DNA from: a bacterium
GTDB taxonomy: Bacteria > Orphanbacterota > Orphanbacteria > Orphanbacterales > Orphanbacteraceae
Reading direction: 5' to 3'
Assembly: GCA_025782575.1 (NCBI GenBank)
Contig: JALGYY010000035.1
Coordinates: 20,670-84,669 of the forward strand
Length of the DNA: 64,000 nucleotides
Part shown: piece by piece, positions 56,601 through 64,000 of the stretch
Position numbering within the stretch: the stretch's first letter is position 1
Layout of the letters: each line of letters begins with the position of its first letter
The notes under the pieces: model-generated
The model's input: the letters and a program-made list of their open reading frames with translations, nothing else
Told to the model about the DNA's origin: nothing
Databases searched by the model: none
Position numbers and translations under genes: made by a program

Positions 56601-57418
56601 ACGACCGTCCTTCATCGACCGGTGGCGGAGGGCCGCTCGCCGGAATACGGGTTGTTCTCACCAGGCCACGCGACCTCGCACCAGAATGGAAAGAAGCTCT
56701 CCGTTCATCGGGAGCGGAAGTGCTCCTGTTTCCCACGATTCGAATCCGACCGATTCCGAGTTCACTGAAACCGTCTCTCGCCCGGCTCGATGAATTCGAC
56801 TGGATCATATTCACGAGCCGTAACGCCGTGCGCCTTTTTGCCCAGGCGATTCCACCAGGCAGCACGATGGCGAAATTTCTCGCTCCGGTAAATGCCAGGG
56901 TAGCGGCCGTCGGAAGGGGAACAGGAGAGGAACTGGAAACCAGGGGAGTCGCCGGTGCATTGGTATCCGAGAGGGGTGACGGCCTCTCCCTCGCTGAAGA
57001 CATTATCAGACAGTTTAACTCCCCCGGTCCGAAAGTGCTGCTCCCTCGATCAGCCGCCGGTCTTTCGGAATTGCCGGATCGACTCGCAGCGGCAGGTGCT
57101 GTGGTTACCGATATTTCAATCTATGAGACTGTCCGGGAAGAGAGGCATTCAGCTGAGATTCTCGGAAAGATCCGGAGCAACCGGTTCGATGTCGTGCTAT
57201 TTTCGAGCCCGAGCAGCCTGGATAGTTTTCTGGAACTGGCCGGTAGAGAAAGCCTGTCCGATCGAGCCATTGCGATCGGCGTCATCGGCAAAGTGACTGC
57301 GGGAGCGCTCCGGAAAACGGGCCGTGAACCTGATTTCATCATGGCGGCGCCGACTACGAGCGCGATGATCGATTCGATGACACTCTGGCGCCAATCGCGC
57401 CGAACCAGGAGCAATTGA
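56597..57418 (+). CDS. hemD: Uroporphyrinogen-III synthase
   Basis: V.LTRP, FTS.NAV, AVG.GT, YET, F.SPS, IG.VTA. Confidence 0.93.
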   Translation: MNDRPSSTGGGGPLAGIRVVLTRPRDLAPEWKEALRSSGAEVLLFPTIRIRPIPSSLKPSLARLDEFDWIIFTSRNAVRLFAQAIPPGSTMAKFLAPVNARVAAVGRGTGEELETRGVAGALVSERGDGLSLAEDIIRQFNSPGPKVLLPRSAAGLSELPDRLAAAGAVVTDISIYETVREERHSAEILGKIRSNRFDVVLFSSPSSLDSFLELAGRESLSDRAIAIGVIGKVTAGALRKTGREPDFIMAAPTTSAMIDSMTLWRQSRRTRSN

Positions 57419-57419
57419 T

Positions 57420-58391
57420 ATGGAGTTTCCACTCTCCCGCATGCGGCGCCTGCGCGCGAACCCGACGATCAGGCGGATGGTCCGCGAAACACGTCTCACC
57501 CCCGATCACCTTATCTATCCACTGTTCGTAATTCATGGGGAGGGACTGGAAAGGCCGATCGCTTCCATGCCGGGTGTCTTCCAATATTCGATCGACCGGA
57601 TGATCGAAGAGGCCCGTGCCGCTCATGCCGACGGAATTCCCGCCGTGATTCTATTCGGTCTCCCCGCGCAGAAAGACGCGGCCGGAACCGAAGCATACGC
57701 GGAAGACGGCATCATCCAGAGAGCGGTAACAGCATTGAAGAACGAGATTCCAACTCTGCTTGTCATTACCGATGTCTGTCTCTGCGAGTACACCGATCAT
57801 GGACATTGCGGTCTTCTCGATGGTGAGAAAATTGATAATGACACCACTCTTCCTCTCCTCGCTCGAGAAGCGGTCTCCCACGCCCTTGCGGGTGCCGACA
57901 TGGTCGCCCCTTCTGACATGATGGATGGGCGCGTTGCTGCGATCAGGCATGCCCTCGACGGCAAGGGGTTCGCTGACACGCCGATTCTCTCGTACGCAGC
58001 CAAGTTCTCGTCAGCTTTCTACGGTCCGTTTCGTAATGCGGCCGATTCAGCTCCTCAGTTCGGAGACCGCAAGAGCTATCAGATGGACCCGGCCAACAGG
58101 AGACAGGCCCTTCGGGAGGTCGAACTTGACATAGTAGAAGGAGCCGATCTGATCATGGTCAAACCCGCGCTTTCTTACCTCGATGTGATCCGTGAAGTCC
58201 GCAACAGTTTCGATTTACCGGTAGTGGCATACAACGTCAGTGGTGAATACTCGATGGTCCACGCAGCGGCCGAAAGGGGTTGGGTCGACGGGGAAGCGCT
58301 TGCCCTGGAAATTCTTCTATCCATACGAAGGGCGGGAGCGGATCTGATCATCACGTACCACGCCCGAGAAGCCTGCCGGTGGTTTGCGTAG
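57420..58391 (+). CDS. hemB: Porphobilinogen synthase
   Basis: [39 protein letters not shown]. Confidence 0.98.
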   Translation: MEFPLSRMRRLRANPTIRRMVRETRLTPDHLIYPLFVIHGEGLERPIASMPGVFQYSIDRMIEEARAAHADGIPAVILFGLPAQKDAAGTEAYAEDGIIQRAVTALKNEIPTLLVITDVCLCEYTDHGHCGLLDGEKIDNDTTLPLLAREAVSHALAGADMVAPSDMMDGRVAAIRHALDGKGFADTPILSYAAKFSSAFYGPFRNAADSAPQFGDRKSYQMDPANRRQALREVELDIVEGADLIMVKPALSYLDVIREVRNSFDLPVVAYNVSGEYSMVHAAAERGWVDGEALALEILLSIRRAGADLIITYHAREACRWFA

Positions 58392-58613
58392 CCTACCGGT
58401 TAAATGACCGGCCCTCCAGGTCCTTCCAGTCCTTCCCTTTCCCTTCAGGGGCGATCCCGCCGCCCAATCGTCATCATTCCTGAGCATCCGTACCAAACTC
58501 GCTAAGAACAGATCTAAAGATCACCGATCTTCCATCCGAAACGGAGATTGAGGGATCGCAGGGTAATCCCTCTGCCGTTTGTCGATTTGTGACGCAATTG
58601 CGCGGATACAAAC

Positions 58614-60293
58614 ATGGAAGATGAAAAAATTATAGATAGCGCAGAAGATCGGCCGCTCCCCCCCCGTCTGACCGAAGATGAGTTGCGGGAGCGGGCAACG
58701 CGACTCGATCTCCCCTACGTTCGTCCGGATACGGCGACCGTCGATCAGATCGTGATCGAACAGGTCCCGGAAAGCACCGCACGCAGGCTTCGTGCCTTGC
58801 CCCTTTTCCTCGTTGAGGCTTCCCTTTCGGTCGCCATGACCGATCCTACCGATGTTCTCGCGTTGGACGAACTCCGGCGAATCACCGGCTACGCCATTCT
58901 CCCGGCGCTCTGTGGAGAAGAGTTTCTGCAAGATGCTTTCGATCGCTATTACCGAGTGGATTCCACGATTCGAGTGGTCCTCGAGCGTATGAAAGATACG
59001 AAAAAGGAGATCGAGGAAGACGAATCGGTCCGGCATCGAATCGATGACGTAGAGAGCGGCCATGACATCGTCGATCTCGTGAACATGATCCTTCTGCAGG
59101 CCGTTCGTGATGGGGCGAGTGACATACACGTGGAGCCGGATGATCACCTCTTCCGAATCCGCTATCGGGTGGACGGTGTGCTTCGGGAAGCACACTCAGC
59201 CGCGATGGGAATCCATCCGGCGTTCACTTCCCGCCTGAAAACGATGTCCAACATGGATATTACCGAGAAGCGCCTTCCCCAGGACGGCCGCATGCTCGTT
59301 CGAACCGGCGGCAAGGAGATTGATTTCCGAGTGAGTTCGCTCCCCACTGTGCAAGGTGAGAAAGTAGTGCTCCGGATTCTTGACCAGGAGGCCTTGCGAC
59401 TCGACCTCGATCACCTCGGGTTCCCGGACGGCGTCAAGCAGGCCTGGCTGAAACTGATCAATCATCCGGACGGAATGATCCTTGTGACCGGCCCCACGGG
59501 AAGCGGGAAGACATCAACCCTCTATTCCACACTGCAGAAGCTCAATTCCATCGATCGCAATATCATCACCGTGGAGGATCCGGTGGAGTACAACTTCCCG
59601 GTGATCAATCAGGTGCAGGTGAACGACAAGGCCGGCCTCGTTTTCTCGAGCGTACTGCGCAGCATCCTTCGACAGGATCCCGACATTGTAATGGTCGGCG
59701 AAATACGCGACAGGACGACTGCTGAAATCGGCATTCGTGCGGCCCTTACCGGTCATCTCGTCCTCAGTACTTTGCATACGAATGATTCGGTAAGCGCGGT
59801 AACACGTCTCGTCGATATGGGGATTCCCCCGTTTCTGGTAGCGACTACCATTCGAGGCATTCTGGCGCAGCGTCTCATCCGGATGATCTGCAGCAAGTGC
59901 CGAGCCCGGACCGAACCGGAAGGGGAGCTCCTCCACCTCGCCGGTCTGTCACCGAGCGATGCCCGGTCAATGGAGTTCTACAAAGGGAATGGCTGCCGGG
60001 CCTGCTCCAACACCGGATACCGGGGCCGGACGGGAGTGTATGAGGTACTGGTCTTCTCCCACGCCGTGAATCGAGCGATTGTCGCTGAAAAATCAGAATC
60101 CGAGATCGTATCAGCCGCCAGGAAGGAGGGTGCTTTCTGCCGCCTCTGGGATGACGGGATGGACAAGGCGCGCCAGGGGATCACTACGCTCGAAGAGGTG
60201 ATCCGCGTAACCCGGGTCGCCGAGGAGGCCGAAGAAGCAAGGTCTGAAGCTGGTGAGCCCCTCCCGGCCGCACCCGAGGGAGGGGCGGCGTAG
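58614..60293 (+). CDS. GspE/PilB-family assembly ATPase
   Basis: ASDIHVEP, EKRLPQDGR, GPTGSGKT, LRQDPD, TGHLV.STLH, CxxC...CxxC. Confidence 0.95.
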   Translation: MEDEKIIDSAEDRPLPPRLTEDELRERATRLDLPYVRPDTATVDQIVIEQVPESTARRLRALPLFLVEASLSVAMTDPTDVLALDELRRITGYAILPALCGEEFLQDAFDRYYRVDSTIRVVLERMKDTKKEIEEDESVRHRIDDVESGHDIVDLVNMILLQAVRDGASDIHVEPDDHLFRIRYRVDGVLREAHSAAMGIHPAFTSRLKTMSNMDITEKRLPQDGRMLVRTGGKEIDFRVSSLPTVQGEKVVLRILDQEALRLDLDHLGFPDGVKQAWLKLINHPDGMILVTGPTGSGKTSTLYSTLQKLNSIDRNIITVEDPVEYNFPVINQVQVNDKAGLVFSSVLRSILRQDPDIVMVGEIRDRTTAEIGIRAALTGHLVLSTLHTNDSVSAVTRLVDMGIPPFLVATTIRGILAQRLIRMICSKCRARTEPEGELLHLAGLSPSDARSMEFYKGNGCRACSNTGYRGRTGVYEVLVFSHAVNRAIVAEKSESEIVSAARKEGAFCRLWDDGMDKARQGITTLEEVIRVTRVAEEAEEARSEAGEPLPAAPEGGAA

Positions 60294-61504
60294 TGGGCAT
60301 GTTCGTCTACCGAGCACTTACATCGAACGGCCAGGTTGTTTCCGGCCTCGAAGATGCCACCACAATGCGGGCGGCATCGGAACGGCTTCAGGCGCGCAAT
60401 CTCATGCCCATCGAAGTGAGGGAAGATAAAGAGAAGACATCTATTCTCTCACGAATTCTCCCCCGTCGAATTCCGAGCGAGCTCCGGCTCCAGGCGCTCG
60501 GCCATCTCTCCAGCCTTTTAAACGCCGGACTTTCGCTCACGCTCTGCTTGCGAACGATTGCCGACCAGATCCGACATGACGGACTTCGTCGTGTTCTCAG
60601 GGACATTTCCACGCAGGTGCAGCAGGGAAAGACATTCACCGAATCACTGGAGACCCACGGCGAACTTTTCCCGCCAATCCATCGCTCCATGATCCGGGCC
60701 GGCGAGGAATCGGGCCACCTGTCCGACGTTCTCGATCGCCTGGTCGAGCATACGGAGAGGGAGCAGGTGCTGAAGAGGAAGGTGGTGGAGGCGAGTACCT
60801 ATCCCGTGATCGTTATTTGCATCGCCGTGGTGATTGTCGGGCTTCTCCTCACTTTCGTCGTTCCCAAATTTGTCGAAGTGCTCCAGCAGGGTGATAGGGA
60901 GCTTCCCGGTCCGACAAGAGTACTCATGGCGATTTCGGCCGCGTTCCGTCAGTACGGACTGTTCGGTCTCGGCGTTCTGGTACTGGGGGGACTCGGCATG
61001 CCGGGTCTCCTTCGCCGTCCCGGGTTCCGTCTGAAATGGGATCGCTCGCTCCTACACATTCCCGTGGTAGGCGACCTGTTGAAGAAGGCGGCCATCGCCC
61101 GGTTCGCCCATACATTGGGAACGCTGCTCGAAAGCGGACTCCCCCTTCTCACATCCCTCCGGTTGACAGCGCCCGTCCTCGGCAATCTGGCACTCGAACA
61201 GATCTTGATGAAGACGGTCGCCGCGATCGAGAGCGGGGAAGACCTGACAGCTCCGATAAGAAGGGAGCCCCTCTTTCCCCCCATGGTTGTTCAAATGATC
61301 GCCGTGGGAGAGGCGAGCGGCTCGTTGGAGCTCATGCTCGGAAAGATCGGAAAGATGTACGACAAGGAAGTGGAGGCGGCCGCCCGGCGGCTCATGCTCG
61401 TGCTCGAACCGGCGCTCATCGTCGTACTCGGCGTGATCGTGGCATACGTCGCCCTCGCCCTGCTTCTACCGATGCTCAATGCGGTGAGCGGACTGCGCCG
61501 CTGA
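60293..61504 (+). CDS. GspF/PilC-family platform protein
   Basis: F.YRA....G....G, AGE.SG.L, YP, VVPKF, VGE.SG.L, LEP. Confidence 0.94.
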   Translation: MGMFVYRALTSNGQVVSGLEDATTMRAASERLQARNLMPIEVREDKEKTSILSRILPRRIPSELRLQALGHLSSLLNAGLSLTLCLRTIADQIRHDGLRRVLRDISTQVQQGKTFTESLETHGELFPPIHRSMIRAGEESGHLSDVLDRLVEHTEREQVLKRKVVEASTYPVIVICIAVVIVGLLLTFVVPKFVEVLQQGDRELPGPTRVLMAISAAFRQYGLFGLGVLVLGGLGMPGLLRRPGFRLKWDRSLLHIPVVGDLLKKAAIARFAHTLGTLLESGLPLLTSLRLTAPVLGNLALEQILMKTVAAIESGEDLTAPIRREPLFPPMVVQMIAVGEASGSLELMLGKIGKMYDKEVEAAARRLMLVLEPALIVVLGVIVAYVALALLLPMLNAVSGLRR

Positions 61505-61536
61505 TAAGGACAGTTCAGTCCGAAAGGAGATTGGTA

Positions 61537-62064
61537 ATGCGATTCATCCGAAACAGGAGAGGTTTCTCCCTCGCGGAAATTCTCATCGTTCTCGGCATAA
61601 TGGGGATTCTCGCTACAGTTGTGGTGATCAATTTTGCCGGAAGTGATACGGGGGCGAAAGAGGAGACCATGAAGTCGAACGTCGCCGTTTTTCGTGAGGC
61701 GATCGATCTGTACAGAGCCGACCATGGCTGGTATCCGTGCGATCCCGTAAAAGACTGGAACAAGGCGGGGAAGCCGAGTAATTTCCACCGTCAAATGACT
61801 GAGTTCACGGATGTCACCGGCAAGCCGTCAACGAAGAAGACGACGAAATTCAAATACGGACCCTATCTCCGTAAATTCCCCGAGGAATCGGTTACCAAGT
61901 CGACCGCCATCTACGTTGACAAAATCAACGAGCGGATCCAGTCCAAGATGGCAGCCACGGTCGCCAAGGGAACCGGTAGTGGGGGCTGGTACTACGAAGC
62001 GAAGTCAGGAAATGTCTGCGCCAATCTGGGCAAGGCCTATCCCATAGAGTATGCCGGTTACTAG
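61537..62064 (+). CDS. Prepilin/major pseudopilin-like protein
   Basis: AAGGAG SD; class III signal RRG/FSLAE plus hydrophobic helix; AIDLY..D.G.YP, GPYL. Confidence 0.88.
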   Translation: MRFIRNRRGFSLAEILIVLGIMGILATVVVINFAGSDTGAKEETMKSNVAVFREAIDLYRADHGWYPCDPVKDWNKAGKPSNFHRQMTEFTDVTGKPSTKKTTKFKYGPYLRKFPEESVTKSTAIYVDKINERIQSKMAATVAKGTGSGGWYYEAKSGNVCANLGKAYPIEYAGY

Positions 62065-62114
62065 AAAAAATCGGATCGGGGGAGCGGCCGGACAGTTCCG
62101 CCGGAGGACTACTG

Positions 62115-63761
62115 ATGCGGAAGCGAGCAAAATTCCTGGTCGGAATCCACGTGGGGGAATCCCGTATGGACGGTGTTCTCTTGCGGGGTGGCAGGAGAGC
62201 GGAGAAGCCGCTACGCCGACTGGCACGGGAATGGGCAAGGGGGGCGGACATACCGCTCGAATCGTTTCTGTCTGAACTCGTGCCGGAGGCGAAACTCCGC
62301 AATCTGGCTGTGGCGTTCCTGCTCGACCGCGTCCAGTTCGCGTTCGAGCGAAGAACATTTCCTTTCATGGATCCGAGTGACTTTCTGAGGGCCACACGGT
62401 GGTACGGGGAGAACAACAGGAGGACCGATCTCGAGAACCCCCATTTCTCCGCCTGGCATCAGCCGGGCGCACCAACGGGGGAGCGTCATGAGGCGATAGA
62501 CTCCCTGCTTCTGGAAACGGATGGCGACGAAGTAGATCGACTGCTGGAAGCGGTCACTCGGGCCGGCATCAAGAAGTACGGCCTGATTCCCGCTCCATTG
62601 GCCTGGCAATCCTTCCTGCCCTCCCGTCTGGAAGAAGACCATGTAGATACAGCCGTGATAGTGGAACTCGGCCGCGAGTCAGGAAACCTGACGGTGTACG
62701 AAGGAAATCGACTCGTGATCCATCGTGAAGTCGATCTCGCGCCCGACCCGTTCGATCTATCTAAGGATGAGCTCGCAATCTCATTGACTCCGGTGGATGA
62801 GACAGTGGCGACTGCGGTGTTGACGAAACCTGAACCCGCCGTTTCCACTTCAAAATTGGTGACCGAACTGCAACGAACGGCGCACTATGTCGAGTCTCGA
62901 TATTCGATCGTTCCGGAAGCGGTCTATCTGACCGGGCCGGATCCCGAGCTAACAGAAGCACTCTCTCATTCCCTTGGATGGAAAACAGGAACTCTCCTGA
63001 CCGGGCAGGAGGCCCTTGTGTCATGGGGAGAGCCATTTGCAGCGTGTGTCGGTTCGGCCATGCGTCTCGGATCGGGCGAATCAGTCGGTCTGATTCCTGA
63101 CAGGGCCCCGCGAACGAGACTCATGCGCGAATTGAACCGTCAGAGGAACTGGCTGGTCAACGGCGCCCTTCGGGGTCTGCTGGGAGCGTTACTCGTGCTC
63201 CTGCTCATCCAGCTGGGATCTTACATTGGTACCAGGAATCGGGACCAGTTGTCGGATCGAGTAGCCCGACTTACAGAATCTTACGAGCTTCCTGAACTTG
63301 AAGCCCGACTTACAGAATGGGAACGCTCCGCACTCACCCTGAATCACTTCCGGTCGATGCAGTTTCTTTGGTCCGAGGTTTTTCGATCGGTAGGGACAGG
63401 CGTACCGGATCGGCTATCACTCTCCCTCGTCAGCGGAGAAGTGCCCGGACTATCGGAAATGGATCTCGAAGCGGTCGATCCGCTGGCCATTCCTGACCCG
63501 CTCGCGGACGTCTGGGATGATGAGTGGGAGGAAGAAGAGGCATCCGTTCCCTGGATGACGTTGCAGGGCACGAGTGTGTCCATGCATCCGATTCGTGAAC
63601 TGATCCGTTCGTTGGAGAAGAGCCCCCCGTTCCGCCAGGTCATTCTGGAATCGGCTGAGTACGATGAAGACAAGAGTGACGGCACTCTCCTGTTCCTCGT
63701 TCGGTGCCGGCCCGCTGTTGATCGAACCACGTGGAGAGAAAGGGAGTCTGGTGATGATTGA
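62115..63761 (+). CDS. GspL-like / PilM-PilN fusion-like protein
   Basis: Actin-like cytoplasmic part (VGI..G, VELG, ELQRT..Y, YLTG), one TM, PilN-like W......VP..L.L and L.G...LE.S..F..V. Confidence 0.65.
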   Translation: MRKRAKFLVGIHVGESRMDGVLLRGGRRAEKPLRRLAREWARGADIPLESFLSELVPEAKLRNLAVAFLLDRVQFAFERRTFPFMDPSDFLRATRWYGENNRRTDLENPHFSAWHQPGAPTGERHEAIDSLLLETDGDEVDRLLEAVTRAGIKKYGLIPAPLAWQSFLPSRLEEDHVDTAVIVELGRESGNLTVYEGNRLVIHREVDLAPDPFDLSKDELAISLTPVDETVATAVLTKPEPAVSTSKLVTELQRTAHYVESRYSIVPEAVYLTGPDPELTEALSHSLGWKTGTLLTGQEALVSWGEPFAACVGSAMRLGSGESVGLIPDRAPRTRLMRELNRQRNWLVNGALRGLLGALLVLLLIQLGSYIGTRNRDQLSDRVARLTESYELPELEARLTEWERSALTLNHFRSMQFLWSEVFRSVGTGVPDRLSLSLVSGEVPGLSEMDLEAVDPLAIPDPLADVWDDEWEEEEASVPWMTLQGTSVSMHPIRELIRSLEKSPPFRQVILESAEYDEDKSDGTLLFLVRCRPAVDRTTWRERESGDD

Positions 63762-64000
63762 TCGTCTGGGCCAGACCCTTGCGTCCCGAGGAGGACTGGG
63801 CATGCCGCTCATGACCGCCCTCGTCACGGTCATGGTGGCAGCCATATGTCTGTCATTCGTCTGGAAGGGACCAGGGAAGAATCTGGTGCGCCTGCACGAG
63901 GACATTCAGGAACTTCAGATGGAATACAAGCGATCCATGGCGGAGATTTCGGAGAGTCGTAAACGATTCCTGGAAGGAGAAGAAGCGGAGATTCTCAAAT
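63754..64000 (+). CDS. Probable GspM/PilO-like protein (3' truncated by window edge)
   Basis: Open frame MIDRLGQ... with a TM segment then coiled coil, overlapping the previous stop; call rests on position. Confidence 0.5.
   Translation, partial: MIDRLGQTLASRGGLGMPLMTALVTVMVAAICLSFVWKGPGKNLVRLHEDIQELQMEYKRSMAEISESRKRFLEGEEAEILK

Noticed and set aside
61036-61536. Long N-terminal extension of the pilin ORF in the ORF track
   Set aside because: Overlaps the GspF/PilC gene; SD and class III signal place the start at 61537

Overview
A GC-rich bacterial chromosome segment. The flagellin N-terminus and several lipoprotein/OM protein families suggest an FCB-superphylum organism (inference only). 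No CRISPR array, rRNA, integrase or transposase was recognised. Layout: 1-29.3 kb (+) is a flagellar cluster (fliR-flhB-flhA-fliA, FliK-like gene, flgFGAHIJ-flgN-flgKL-fliW-csrA, a four-gene glycosylation island, a minimal fliC, fliS-fliD-flgM-flbD-motA-motB1-motB2, HDOD). 29.4-44.8 kb (-) holds a SprA-related gene, tRNA-Lys, purA, a class V aminotransferase, yihA-lon-clpX-clpP-tig, tRNA-Leu, a sugar transferase, an FN3 lipoprotein, a repeat membrane protein and a polysaccharide deacetylase. 44.9-64 kb holds a peptide ABC transporter, a tandem-repeat lipoprotein, two (-) hypothetical genes, an Omp85 protein, ccsA-hemACDB and the start of a T2SS/type IV pilus-like locus. Most notable: (1) one PomA-like MotA paired with two MotBs showing complementary defects (one lacks the ion-binding Asp, the other has GHTC in place of GHTD); (2) a flagellin-linked glycosylation island resembling a polymerase plus methyl-cap/ruler system; (3) a CsrA beside fliW that lacks the FliW-binding tail; (4) candidate sigma28 genes outside the core cluster; (5) an ABC binding protein whose signal peptide has no canonical start codon.
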